This document shows, piece by piece, positions 1 to 9,686 of a DNA stretch of 57,099 nucleotides. The stretch's first letter is position 1. Each line of letters starts with the position of its first letter. The DNA is from a virus (taxonomy: Duplodnaviria; Caudoviricetes). The stretch lies in the IMG/VR virus record IMGVR_UViG_3300030376_003949, positions 1 through 57,099 of that record; one strand, 5' to 3'. Made by a program: the position numbers and the translations under genes. Under the pieces are notes generated by a model. The model was not told the origin of the DNA, did no database searches, and saw only the letters and a list, made by a program, of their open reading frames with translations.

Positions 1-942
1 AACGTACTCAGTGCCGTGTCCGATGAACGAAGTGGATCTCCCTCCATCCAATGAAACTCCATATCCTGATTGTGGTCCACTAATCCATCCTCCTTGTGCA
101 AATGAGGGTATGTTCTTGACTTTACCACCCTGAGACTTTCCATCATCATTTGGATCTGGTCCTCCACCCGATCCATCTTCATTTAGGTGTTGGTAGAGTT
201 TATATCCTCCATAAGCAGCACCTGCTAGTAATCCAAGTGCTCCAGCTCTACCTAGTAATCCCCTTCTACCTCTAATTAGATTATTATGAAGGAAAATTAG
301 TACATTACCAAAATCTGTAATAATTCTAGTTGGATTACTTAACCAACGCATACCCAATAATAAAGTTCCAAGTCCAGTTAATCCTTGTACAAGTCCTCCT
401 ATCTTCTCCCAAGGACTAGATTCATCTGATAGTAACGTATATAATCCTTCAATAGTATTAACAACACCAAACTCCGCAACCTTAGCAATAAACTTTATAA
501 ACTTAGTAAGAGCTTCGATCATATTTCTTACTTTCTTCTGATTCGCAGGATCACCTAACCATTTCAAAGCAGGTATAACAATCGCTGCTTTGATTAGGGC
601 ACTCAGCATCTTGAACAGACCTTCTAACCAATTAGGTTTTTTTACTAAAGCAGCAGGACTAAATCCAGAGAAAGTATTTTTCTTTCGTGTTTTTGTATAG
701 TTTGCTTCAAATTCTTTAGCACTTTTCCTTGCAAATTCTAATCTTGCAAGTTGAATCTTTTTAAAATCTTCAGCAATTTTTCCAATAGAGTTTACAGTTG
801 CACCCAGATTATTGATAGCAACAGTATTCATATTGAGAGAATTTACAGTTGCACCTTCTACAGATTTATCACCACCAGAAGATTTCGTTACCTGTACAAA
901 TTTGTAGAAATTAATTTTAGAAGATTTTTTTATGGTTGCCAT
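1..942 (-). CDS. Partial (runs off window) large virion protein, tape-measure-like; paralog of 942..3767
   Basis: ATG at 942 overlaps the TAA of the upstream gene (TAATG). Reads MATIKKSSKINFYKFVQ...LGATVNSIGKIAEDF...LKWLGDPANQKKV...WLSNPTRIITD, with motifs shared with the upstream ORF. Confidence 0.65.
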   Translation of the reverse strand, partial: MATIKKSSKINFYKFVQVTKSSGGDKSVEGATVNSLNMNTVAINNLGATVNSIGKIAEDFKKIQLARLEFARKSAKEFEANYTKTRKKNTFSGFSPAALVKKPNWLEGLFKMLSALIKAAIVIPALKWLGDPANQKKVRNMIEALTKFIKFIAKVAEFGVVNTIEGLYTLLSDESSPWEKIGGLVQGLTGLGTLLLGMRWLSNPTRIITDFGNVLIFLHNNLIRGRRGLLGRAGALGLLAGAAYGGYKLYQHLNEDGSGGGPDPNDDGKSQGGKVKNIPSFAQGGWISGPQSGYGVSLDGGRSTSFIGHGTEYV

Positions 943-3767
943 TATGATTGTGCCTCTGCTTTTGCTCTCTCAAGTAAAGAATTTGCAGTAGATATTACTA
1001 TTTCATTGAGGTTACCGCCACTATTTATTGGTACTCCTTGAGGGATAGGAACAATCTTTTCAATAATCGTGGGAATAGGAATAAACTCCATAGCTTGTTC
1101 CATAGCATATTCAGCAGAAAGTCCACCTTCTTTTAGTATCTGTTGATGTGCCTTATTTACATGTCCAAGAACTTTAGGATCGATACCCATCTCGGATGCA
1201 ATTTGTGTTATAGCAGTCATCTTATCACCACCACCAAATAAACCAGTAACTGCCTTAAGGACTCCTCCCATACCCTGTTGTTCTGCAATCTGACTAATCA
1301 GACCCATAGGATCTTGCCTAAATGAATCTATCATTGCCATTCCCTTCGAAACCATAGCACCCATTTCAGGATTGAAAGCACCTAAAGCACCTCCATAATT
1401 ACCACTCATAATATCAGAAGCAATACCACCCCACTTAGGATTAAACGTATTTAAAGCACCCAAGTAGTTACCACCCATAACATCACCAGCAATACTTCCC
1501 CACTTTGGACTAAACTGACTTATACCACCAGTGATGGCAGCAGTCCAGTTCCCCTGTAAAGCATTAGTTGCTACCTGACCCCAAGGACTAGCCATAAAGT
1601 TCTGAACTTGACCCATTACTCCACCTACACCAGGAATCATACTCAATGCACCCATAGGATTACCACTAGCAACCATGTTAAGTCCTGCCATGATTGGACC
1701 AGCACCAGGAATAAATTGTGCTCCAATTTGAACTATAGGATTACTTACAATCTTACCAACGGTTTTCTTAATACCCTTCCATAAACCACCAAGAAACATC
1801 TCTTGAGGTTTTTCCTTTCTGTTTGGAAATAAGTCAAGAAAGTCCCACCATTGATTCTTCTTAATTTCTTTAGTTTGTTTATCTTTTGGTAAAGGTTTTG
1901 TTTCTCCCTTCTTATCTTTACCAGTAAATGCTCCCAAAGGATCCCACCATGCCTTCTTCTTTTCCCCCTTCTCCTCTTCTTTCTCTTCATCACTCTTGAA
2001 TGGACTCATAAGTGTATTGACAATCACATCAAGACCAGGTAACTTAGATAAAACCTTATCAATACTATCTTTAAATCCCCTTAATCCCATAGCATCGACT
2101 ACTGCTTCTTCACCTTGTTGTAATTGAGGAACAAAGTCACGAACGAACATGTATCCATCCATAAGCATGGATATAACACTAGTAGCACCAGCAGTAGCAA
2201 GACCAAATACATCCAAAATACCAGAAGTACCTTCAATCAATCCACCAATAGAATCACCTTGTGAAAAACGTTGATAAGCAAAGAAAAGGTTTACAAGACC
2301 ACCAACAACAGGAAGAATTGCTGCTGCTCTCTTTCCTAATTTACTACCTGCCTTTGCAATACCATCAAAACCAGCAATACCTTTCTTTTTAAGAACAGAC
2401 GTTGCCTTATCCATGCCAGGAATCTTCATCAAACCATCCATCAATCCCTGACCAATTGATTTGGCTTTCTGACCAATTGGTTTAATAATTGGTTCAAGAG
2501 GTTTTAATACTTTATCATTAAGATATTTTCTAGCACCAGATTTAAGACCATTAATTCCATTATTAAACATGTCTCCTGCCTGAGCATATTTTTTTGAACC
2601 CCAATCTCCAATTGCATTACTTGCTTTAACAACATTATCCCAACCCTTTTGAGCATGTTTTGATAAATTACTATATTGCTCTCCTGCCCAAGCAGGTAAA
2701 TTTTTCAGATTTTTATGAACATCACCAACAAACTCCTGACCCTTTTTAACACCCTTATCAAAAAGACCTCCAAAGAAATCACCAGCTTTCTGTAATTTTG
2801 TTGGTTTGTATACTACTGGTTTTAATTTAAGTCTCTTCCACTTTTGAAGTGCCTTTACAGGATTTCCACCAGATTGTCGTAGAAACTGTTCATATGCTCT
2901 TGCAGCATCATCACCATATTCTGCAAGAATCTTCTTATATTGTTTTCCTGCTGCTTCACCAAACTGATCAATAACAGTTTTTACTCTAGGTCGACCCCTA
3001 GGTCCATCTATATTAGGATCAGCACCAGATGGATTTTTGGCTGATGGTCTATTATTATAATTCTTAGGTTTCTTAGGTTTACCACCTCCACCTCCACCAC
3101 CAAGTAAATCGATTAATCCTATAATATCTGTTATAAGACTAAATGGGTTCATCAGGTACTTTAACCCGATCAAACCCTTCATTATATTTCCAATACCACC
3201 TAACCTTTCTGCAAATGTCCCATTAGGATCCGTTAAAGAAGAAAATCCTTCTAGAACATTGTTAGTAAATCCCGCTGCCCAACCAAATATTTTTTCGAAA
3301 ACAAAGTGTGTTTTCCTTAGAAACTCCGATAATTTCTCAGTATTAGCAGGATCTCCTACCCACTCAAGTAATTCCTTTGTAATAGCAAATTTGAGTATGG
3401 AAGCAAAAAACTTTCCAATCGGTCTTAAAAATTTCTCTATCCAACTAAGACCACCCTTAGCAATCTTTAAGGATTTTCTGCTTAATTTGGGTTTTCGTTT
3501 TGCTGCCTTCTTATTCTCTATTGCTTCTTCTGCCGCCTGATCTAATTCCCTTCTTTCTCTGCGACGGTCTAATTTTGCTCTTAACTTATCATGCTTTACG
3601 TGAGCAATTGAAATATTTTCTATATCCTTAACAACCGATCCTATTCCAGATATTGTACTCCCTAATCTATTCAATGCTAAGGTTTGTCTTCTGGCAGCAG
3701 CAACTGTTGGAGATTTCGTAGTTGAAACTCCAGGATTTACAAATTTGTATCCTTGTAATTTAGCCAC
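942..3767 (-). CDS. Large Gly/Ala-rich virion protein, probable tail tape-measure (gp29-like role)
   Basis: 941 aa, amphipathic-helical with periodic W/F and ~20-aa repeats (FNPKWGGIASDIMSGNYGGALGA). Lies directly downstream of gp26/gp51. Confidence 0.6.
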   Translation of the reverse strand: MAKLQGYKFVNPGVSTTKSPTVAAARRQTLALNRLGSTISGIGSVVKDIENISIAHVKHDKLRAKLDRRRERRELDQAAEEAIENKKAAKRKPKLSRKSLKIAKGGLSWIEKFLRPIGKFFASILKFAITKELLEWVGDPANTEKLSEFLRKTHFVFEKIFGWAAGFTNNVLEGFSSLTDPNGTFAERLGGIGNIMKGLIGLKYLMNPFSLITDIIGLIDLLGGGGGGGKPKKPKNYNNRPSAKNPSGADPNIDGPRGRPRVKTVIDQFGEAAGKQYKKILAEYGDDAARAYEQFLRQSGGNPVKALQKWKRLKLKPVVYKPTKLQKAGDFFGGLFDKGVKKGQEFVGDVHKNLKNLPAWAGEQYSNLSKHAQKGWDNVVKASNAIGDWGSKKYAQAGDMFNNGINGLKSGARKYLNDKVLKPLEPIIKPIGQKAKSIGQGLMDGLMKIPGMDKATSVLKKKGIAGFDGIAKAGSKLGKRAAAILPVVGGLVNLFFAYQRFSQGDSIGGLIEGTSGILDVFGLATAGATSVISMLMDGYMFVRDFVPQLQQGEEAVVDAMGLRGFKDSIDKVLSKLPGLDVIVNTLMSPFKSDEEKEEEKGEKKKAWWDPLGAFTGKDKKGETKPLPKDKQTKEIKKNQWWDFLDLFPNRKEKPQEMFLGGLWKGIKKTVGKIVSNPIVQIGAQFIPGAGPIMAGLNMVASGNPMGALSMIPGVGGVMGQVQNFMASPWGQVATNALQGNWTAAITGGISQFSPKWGSIAGDVMGGNYLGALNTFNPKWGGIASDIMSGNYGGALGAFNPEMGAMVSKGMAMIDSFRQDPMGLISQIAEQQGMGGVLKAVTGLFGGGDKMTAITQIASEMGIDPKVLGHVNKAHQQILKEGGLSAEYAMEQAMEFIPIPTIIEKIVPIPQGVPINSGGNLNEIVISTANSLLERAKAEAQS

Positions 3768-3900
3768 CAGATGCTTGTTGCTCCTTCATTCTACGTTCCT
3801 CTTCTTTGAGGAAATTGACTAACATATTAACATAGATCTCCTTTTCCCATGGCATCAGATTATCGATATGAGCGATACTCCATTTATGATGATGCATCAT
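3760..3900 (-). CDS. gp51: gp51-like baseplate hub assembly catalyst (probably the C-terminal part of a frameshift fusion with gp26)
   Basis: Hand translation MMHHHKWSIAHIDNLMPWEKEIYVNMLVNFLKEEERRMKEQQASGG. The family-like stretch LQSYYEGNFA lies in frame upstream of the first ATG. Confidence 0.8.
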   Translation of the reverse strand: MMHHHKWSIAHIDNLMPWEKEIYVNMLVNFLKEEERRMKEQQASGG

Positions 3901-3947
3901 GGCAAAGTTGCCTTCATAATATGACTGTAGATTGGTGTGAAGAAGAG

Positions 3948-4664
3948 CTATTCGAAAAAAGCCGCTAGTCCCTCCAATACAACATCACTTTCAACTCCAG
4001 TATTAGGGTTAGTAACCTTAACAGTATGGGTCAATTTAGGCATTTTCTCAAAGAACTCTTGAATCATCATAAATTGCTTACTATTCAGTTGATCAAAAAA
4101 TTCTAGCAGTTCCTTTTGAGGAAGGTTAGAACAATCATAAACTTGATTAGCATCAGAAATTGATTCCACACAACTTGCTGCCATATCAAAAACCTGATCA
4201 ACACCAGCTTCATCACCAAAATTCATTTGGACAAATGTTTCAAGACTGGGGTATCCCATCGTAATAGCAACTTCATCAGAAACTTTAATCTCCTTCTTAT
4301 GCCCTCTAGTTTTCTTCACTTTGATTTCATCTAGAGGAATCGAGATGGATACAGTAGTTTCCTCATCATCAGGACAAGTTACAGTAACATCTACACTTTC
4401 ACCAACAGATTTTGTACGAATCTGTAAGAAAACAAATTCAATATCAAATGTAGCAAGTTTATCTACATCTGTAATGTCTGTACAATCTTTGATGATATTT
4501 TTGATTGCGTCAACAATAGTAGCTTGTTCTCCACTCTCAGTAGCTAAGAGAAGAATTTTCTCCTCCTTTACAAGGAATGGTCTGAAACTCACAGTTCTAC
4601 CGTCTGAGGGTAGTTTCAATTTGTACTTAGGTACACTAATCTTAGGTAATGCCATAAAATTCAC
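3948..4664 (-). CDS. gp26: Baseplate hub subunit/chaperone gp26
   Basis: MALPKI..P.Y.L.LPS...FRPFLVKEEKILL; FDIEFVFLQIRTKSVGE; C-terminal LEGLAAFF. Confidence 0.9.
   Translation of the reverse strand: MNFMALPKISVPKYKLKLPSDGRTVSFRPFLVKEEKILLLATESGEQATIVDAIKNIIKDCTDITDVDKLATFDIEFVFLQIRTKSVGESVDVTVTCPDDEETTVSISIPLDEIKVKKTRGHKKEIKVSDEVAITMGYPSLETFVQMNFGDEAGVDQVFDMAASCVESISDANQVYDCSNLPQKELLEFFDQLNSKQFMMIQEFFEKMPKLTHTVKVTNPNTGVESDVVLEGLAAFFE
3954..3975 (-). promoter_or_regulatory. Candidate -1 programmed frameshift signal (GGAGG-N10-T_TTT_TTC)
   Basis: Heptamer at 3960-3954 is in gp26 frame, followed by one codon and the stop; SD-like GGAGG at 3975-3971; the -1 frame is gp51. Confidence 0.7.
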
Positions 4665-4678
4665 ATCAGTACCTTTAT

Positions 4679-5524
4679 TTAGGCAATACCAGTAACAGTC
4701 AATAGTGAGTTAACAACGGTCTGTAGAATTGATTGGTTATTTGAAGTTGATTGATCGGTATTATTATCAATGTTAGAACCGACAGTAAGATAACGAATAG
4801 TATTAGTATCAAACTGATCTTGAGTAAAGAAACGATATCTCTCATAATAAAAACCAACACTCATAGTCATTGTCTGAGCATTCTGGTTATTCAACTGAAC
4901 AGAACCAATATTATATGGATATAAATTTTGAAGTTCCCAAGCAGCAGTTAATTGATATTTTCTTGCTACTAACGCATCTACCGTTCCAGATTCTCTTATA
5001 GAACGAAGTATTGCAGGATCAGTAACTGCTATATCTCCACCACCTCTTTCCCACTTGTAAATCATCATTTTAGGGCAAACATAATCATCATAATATCTTG
5101 TATATTGCTCACTATCACTTGCCATCAAGCTTGTCCATCTCTCAAAGAAGTTTCTTGAGTATTGAGAACGTGGCATCCTAAAGTTTATACTAATCTGACT
5201 ATATGTTGTATTTGTTGCATACTTAAATGGTGATCCAACATAAGGAGTTTGTGAAGTAGTAACCTGTTTACTTGGAAGATTTACAGTATCAGCATAATAA
5301 TCGAGTAACCAATCCAAATCATTTTGTCCATTAACTTCTAATCTTGAAGCTTGTGTTGGTCCCAATAGAACAAGAGGTGCTCTCAGCATCCGTGGTGTGC
5401 CAAATTTTACCGAATATAAATTGGTAAAACTAGGAGAATTATCCCTGCCCTTAGTTCTGGCCAGAAACTCCTGAAATGAATTATATCTTGCGTATTCGGG
5501 ATTCGCTCTTGATGGAAGTGCCAT
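4679..5524 (-). CDS. gp54-like baseplate/tail tube initiator (tail-tube fold)
   Basis: VNLPSKQV..., ISINF...FFERW, LQNLYPYNIGSVQLN..MSVGFYYE resemble the gp19/gp54 family; synteny with gp26 and gp4. Confidence 0.6.
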   Translation of the reverse strand: MALPSRANPEYARYNSFQEFLARTKGRDNSPSFTNLYSVKFGTPRMLRAPLVLLGPTQASRLEVNGQNDLDWLLDYYADTVNLPSKQVTTSQTPYVGSPFKYATNTTYSQISINFRMPRSQYSRNFFERWTSLMASDSEQYTRYYDDYVCPKMMIYKWERGGGDIAVTDPAILRSIRESGTVDALVARKYQLTAAWELQNLYPYNIGSVQLNNQNAQTMTMSVGFYYERYRFFTQDQFDTNTIRYLTVGSNIDNNTDQSTSNNQSILQTVVNSLLTVTGIA

Positions 5525-5943
5525 TAGATTTTAAGTTCTTTTTCAGTGACTAACATAAATTCCCAACCATGATCTTTACAAAACTCATCTGCTGCTTTAA
5601 ACTTTGCTTGATTTACAGCATAAGTCATAACTTCACTTATATATTTTTTAGTGTTTCGCTTTTGAGTTTTTGGTTCTTTCGTTTGATATGCTGGTTTAAC
5701 TTCTGCAATATATTTCTTATTTCCTACTTTAACGTAGAAATCTGGAAAATATCTATGTCGTTTACCATCAACAGGACTAATATAAGGTATAATAATCTCT
5801 TCACTTGCCCACTCTTCTACAGAAGGGTTGGATTCACACCATTGCATAAATTTATACTCCCATGAGGAGCGATATACCACGTTTCGTGGATCACCTTTGT
5901 ATTTCCTGGGATTGGAAACACGATACTTACCTCGATATCTCAT
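5524..5943 (-). CDS. gp4: Head completion protein gp4 (TnsA-like nuclease)
   Basis: NPRKYKGD...YRSSWE...W.SEE..IPY.SP.D...HRYFPDF...EVKP. Confidence 0.92.
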   Translation of the reverse strand: MRYRGKYRVSNPRKYKGDPRNVVYRSSWEYKFMQWCESNPSVEEWASEEIIIPYISPVDGKRHRYFPDFYVKVGNKKYIAEVKPAYQTKEPKTQKRNTKKYISEVMTYAVNQAKFKAADEFCKDHGWEFMLVTEKELKI

Positions 5944-5971
5944 AAATACATACAGGTCACGTAGTATTTAG
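5941..5971. promoter_or_regulatory. Opposing T4-type late promoters (CATAAATA on +, CTAAATA on -) for gp48 and gp4
   Basis: cataaata at 5941-5948 and tatttag at 5965-5971; T4 late consensus is TATAAATA. Confidence 0.65.
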
Positions 5972-5979
5972 GTAGAAAA

Positions 5980-6966
5980 TTGACAATATATCGCTACCCC
6001 TTAAACCCGCCCCAAGTTGGAAGCAGTGATGCAGAGAATCCTACCGAGTCAATTGACTATGTAATGTTTCAGCGGAAAAGAATTCAGTATGATGATCAGA
6101 ACGGTTCAGCTTATTATGGTTTAAACATTCCTAATAATAAAGTTGCGATGGAGAATAATCCTGATCGGATTTATATTGCAATGCCTCAGAATCTCTCAAC
6201 TCAATATTCACCAACTTATCGTCAAGTTGATGTAGGAGTTGCTGGAATAGCAGCAGCTACTGGATTAAATGTTTCTAGTTTTGAAGGTGCTGCTGAAGCA
6301 TTGTCATCTGCTGCTAGAGATGCAATGCCAGAATTCATGACAAGTACATTGGCACAGATGACTGGTGGTGCTGCACAGTTTTTAGGACTAGCAGGTGGTG
6401 TCGATGCAAATCAGTTAATGGCATTGTCTAAAGGAAAGGTTTTTAACCCCTACACTGAGCAATTGTATAGTAATATGCAGTTTAGAAATCATGTGTTCTC
6501 ATTTAAGTTTTTTGCTCGTAATGAAAGCGAATCTATACAAATTAATCATATTATAAGATATCTAAAACAAGGTGCTTTACCTATATACGGATCATCATCA
6601 GGAACTGGTATTAGTGCTGAAGGTGATGGTGCTAGTGCAGTTACTGAAATTGATTCAACACTAGAAGGTACAGGAGCTGCTCGTTTCTTCGAAGTTCCAG
6701 ACAAATATGACATTAAATTTGTTCGTTTGAATCCTTTAACGCAGACTATTAGTACAGAAAGTGCAGATCTTCATTATAAAGTACATACATCTGTGTGTAC
6801 TGGAATTGACGTAAATTACACCCCAGATGGTCAATATAATGCCATGAAGAGAAATAATCTTGGTGTAACTAAAGGTAAACCAATGCAAGTTCCTGCAGTT
6901 ACCGTAAATTGTAGATTCACAGAAACTCAATTTGTAACACAATCACAAATAACAGAGGGATACTAA
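5980..6966 (+). CDS. gp48: Baseplate tail-tube cap gp48
   Basis: YRYP..., VFNPYTEQLY..MQFRNHVFSFKF, VNYTPDG, FTET motifs; precedes gp53. Confidence 0.85.
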   Translation: MTIYRYPLNPPQVGSSDAENPTESIDYVMFQRKRIQYDDQNGSAYYGLNIPNNKVAMENNPDRIYIAMPQNLSTQYSPTYRQVDVGVAGIAAATGLNVSSFEGAAEALSSAARDAMPEFMTSTLAQMTGGAAQFLGLAGGVDANQLMALSKGKVFNPYTEQLYSNMQFRNHVFSFKFFARNESESIQINHIIRYLKQGALPIYGSSSGTGISAEGDGASAVTEIDSTLEGTGAARFFEVPDKYDIKFVRLNPLTQTISTESADLHYKVHTSVCTGIDVNYTPDGQYNAMKRNNLGVTKGKPMQVPAVTVNCRFTETQFVTQSQITEGY

Positions 6967-6967
6967 A

Positions 6968-7855
6968 ATGTCAGGATATTTTTCTTATTTTCCTAATGTA
7001 TATGTCGGTGAAGGTGTCACAGATGATGAGGCATTTAAATACCGACTAGTTAAAAATATTTTTAGAAAGGTTAGAGCAAGACCCGATTTAAACCAATATA
7101 CAACTCTTTTTGAACAATATTCAATTAGAGTTGGTGAAACTCCTTCTACACTCGCACAAAGATTATTTGGTGATCCAAAACTAGATTGGGCAGTCCTCTT
7201 AATTAATGACATTATTGATGTATATGAAGATTGGCCAAAGGAGCAAAGTCAACTAGAGGAGTATGTAGATGAAAAATATACTTCTGATAAAAGAGATGAT
7301 ATTCATCATTGGGAAACTAATGAAGTTATACTTGATGATGGTACACCAGTTATCAAAGAAGGTGTTCAAGTAACTGAAGACTGGAGAACTGTAATGCCAA
7401 ATGGTGATATAAAAGATAAAGAAGCATCAATATATCAAGTAACTAACTATGAGCACGAATATTTTAAAAATGAATTAAAACGACAAATTTTAATTCCAGT
7501 TAGAAACATGCTGGATATCATGATTGAAGAATTCGAGGACTTAGTTGCATATGAACCTCATAATGAACTTGATAGTTCAAATAACAAAAAAACAATATTG
7601 AATATTTCCTCCAGATTCTTAGATAACACAGGATCTGCTAGTTTTGCTAGTGCAGTTCGTTCTGTAGCAAATGGACAAACTGAAGTTACCTATGATGATG
7701 GACCTGGTAATGTTGGTGGTACAAATACTTTATCATTAACTGCTGGAGTTAGTAATACAGTAACTACCACTTCTAACACAAGTACATCAAATACAAGTAG
7801 TAGTTCTTCAAGTTCTAGCAGTAGTTCTTCTTCAAGTTCTAGCGGAGGATACTAA
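6968..7855 (+). CDS. gp53: Baseplate wedge protein gp53
   Basis: YFSYFPN..VKNIFRKV..Y.I..GETP..LA..LFGD..LDW..LL.N.I.D.Y..WP; Ser-rich tail. Confidence 0.9.
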   Translation: MSGYFSYFPNVYVGEGVTDDEAFKYRLVKNIFRKVRARPDLNQYTTLFEQYSIRVGETPSTLAQRLFGDPKLDWAVLLINDIIDVYEDWPKEQSQLEEYVDEKYTSDKRDDIHHWETNEVILDDGTPVIKEGVQVTEDWRTVMPNGDIKDKEASIYQVTNYEHEYFKNELKRQILIPVRNMLDIMIEEFEDLVAYEPHNELDSSNNKKTILNISSRFLDNTGSASFASAVRSVANGQTEVTYDDGPGNVGGTNTLSLTAGVSNTVTTTSNTSTSNTSSSSSSSSSSSSSSSSGGY

Positions 7856-7868
7856 AAACCCTACAGAC

Positions 7869-7903
7869 AAAAAAATACCCCGAATTTTTTTCGGGGTTTT
7901 TTT
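7869..7903. terminator. Bidirectional intrinsic terminator
   Basis: A7-ta-CCCCGAA..TTCGGGG-T7 between convergent genes. Confidence 0.85.
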
Positions 7904-7926
7904 GTAACTAAAAGTCGAATTATATA

Positions 7927-8442
7927 TCAACCTCCATCAATATCACAACCTATCACACTACCACCGACAATTCCAAGAGGGATTGCCCACCAACGACCAT
8001 CTCCTTGAGATATTGCTGCGGCAGCTCCACCACCTAAGATACCACCAAGGATTGCTCCTTCACTACACTCATTACCATCAGGTGATGGTTCTCTTTGCCA
8101 AATTGGTGGTAATGGTCTCGATGGTCTGTGTCTCCAGCATGGTACTTGAACAGTATCATACCATGAGTTAATATATCCTGGACTTCTTGCTGTACCAGGA
8201 ACATACTCTTCTCTATACTCTTCACGAGTACATGTACTAGAAGATGAATGTCCTGGTTGATAACTATTTGTCGCTGATCTATACTCGTAAGGAGTAGAAC
8301 TTGATGGTGTTGTAATCCATCTGTCAACCCAATTTCTAGAGGGAGCATCATCATATGCTTTACGATTACTACGATCCCCTATACTCTCTGCATTAACAGG
8401 AGCAATTAGAAATGGTAGTAACAACAGAGGTAATGCTTTCAT
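7927..8442 (-). CDS. Exported protein with C-terminal glycine-zipper 2TM
   Basis: Signal peptide; GAILGGILGGG..AIPLGIVGGSVIGC. Confidence 0.7.
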   Translation of the reverse strand: MKALPLLLLPFLIAPVNAESIGDRSNRKAYDDAPSRNWVDRWITTPSSSTPYEYRSATNSYQPGHSSSSTCTREEYREEYVPGTARSPGYINSWYDTVQVPCWRHRPSRPLPPIWQREPSPDGNECSEGAILGGILGGGAAAAISQGDGRWWAIPLGIVGGSVIGCDIDGG

Positions 8443-8463
8443 TGTAATCCTTTTTTATATGTA

Positions 8464-8499
8464 TATTATAGCATAAAAAAGGGGGTGTGTAACCCCCTT
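8464..8499 (-). terminator. Terminator hairpin fused to a TG-extended TATAAT promoter
   Basis: Minus strand AAGGGGG..CCCCC-T6-ATGCTATAAT. Confidence 0.7.
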
Positions 8500-8510
8500 G
8501 TGACAGTTTC

Positions 8511-8687
8511 CTATTTGGTTTCTAGGATTGCTTCTTTAATCACGGTCTTTAATTGTCTTAGTTTCTTTTTACCAAGACCAGCACGTGTATCTATCTTCAC
8601 TTTAACCCAGTATACTCCTGCTAATACGAGGAGAAAAGGAATGGCATCTGCCCATGAGATCTCATTCCATGCTTGTACTACGTTCAT
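8511..8687 (-). CDS. Small membrane protein (58 aa)
   Basis: Hand translation MNVVQAWNEISWADAIPFLLVLAGVYWVKVKIDTRAGLGKKKL... Confidence 0.65.
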   Translation of the reverse strand: MNVVQAWNEISWADAIPFLLVLAGVYWVKVKIDTRAGLGKKKLRQLKTVIKEAILETK

Positions 8688-8697
8688 AATTAATTAG

Positions 8698-9618
8698 TTA
8701 TTCACCAGCAAGTTTAGCAAAGTATGATAGAGTGTCTTCAGAATCCTCAACAGGAGACGAAGCAACTGCACTCTTTAGACCAGCGAGGTCAGAATCATTA
8801 AAACCACTAGAAGGTTGTGGTTCATATTCCTCACTATCAACGCCAATATTAGGACGTACAGGTGCAGCACCTTTACCAAGTACCAAGTTCAAACGTGCTG
8901 TAAGTTGCTCGTAAGACTTGAAGTTCTTCTCTGCTTCAAACTCTGCAAGAGAGTAACCCTCTTTCCAGATAGACTCTAGTTTATCATCATCGAAGTTACC
9001 TAACACTTTAGGTGCAGCGAACTCAGACTTATCATAGTTCCAGTAACCATCAACCTTGCGGATCTTCAATTTGAAGTCGGCACCCTTCCAGAAGTTGAAA
9101 GGATCAACAGGAGACTCGTCTGCAAATGCAGGTTGCATTGCTTCAATGAGTTTATCAAAGATCTTCTTACCAAACTTGTAGAGGAAGACACGACCCTCAT
9201 TCTCAGGATGAGCAGGATCTTGAACAACGTAAATATTGCTGTAGTAAGAGAGTTTACGCTTCTGAGCACGAGCGACCTCTTTATCGCTATCACGACCACT
9301 GTTCCAAAGTTCCCTGTTCAGTTCTCCAACGGGATCATCCTTACCAAGTGTAGTAAGACTGTTCTCAATGTACCACTGTCCACCTGGACCTTTAAAAGCA
9401 TGACTCCAAACCTTTGCCCAAGGCATTTCTTCTCCATCAGGAGCAGGAAGGAATCGGATGACTGCGTAACCGTTACCAGACTTATCAAGTTCAGGTTTCC
9501 AGAAACGTTCGTCAGCAGAAGAACCAGCAGCAGGCTGATTCAGTTTATCAATCTCTCTGGATAGTTTTGCAAAGGTATCACCCTTAGATGATGCCTTTTT
9601 AAGAGAGGCAAATGACAT
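8698..9618 (-). CDS. gp32: Single-stranded DNA-binding protein gp32
   Basis: DERFWKP..DKSGNGYAVIRFLP; WYIENSLTT; acidic C-terminus LSYFAKLA. Confidence 0.97.
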   Translation of the reverse strand: MSFASLKKASSKGDTFAKLSREIDKLNQPAAGSSADERFWKPELDKSGNGYAVIRFLPAPDGEEMPWAKVWSHAFKGPGGQWYIENSLTTLGKDDPVGELNRELWNSGRDSDKEVARAQKRKLSYYSNIYVVQDPAHPENEGRVFLYKFGKKIFDKLIEAMQPAFADESPVDPFNFWKGADFKLKIRKVDGYWNYDKSEFAAPKVLGNFDDDKLESIWKEGYSLAEFEAEKNFKSYEQLTARLNLVLGKGAAPVRPNIGVDSEEYEPQPSSGFNDSDLAGLKSAVASSPVEDSEDTLSYFAKLAGE

Positions 9619-9686
9619 TTCGTATTCTCCGTATTAAGTGTGTTGTTTTGGATTGTTACTGTGTAATCGTAACATACTATTTAGGT

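Noticed and set aside
791-855. Direct repeat tttacagttgcacc
   Set aside because: It is explained by a duplicated GATVNS peptide in the coding frame.
7740-7852. Ser/Thr tract with AGTAGTTCTTC-like repeats at the end of gp53
   Set aside because: It is a low-complexity coding tail, not a repeat array.
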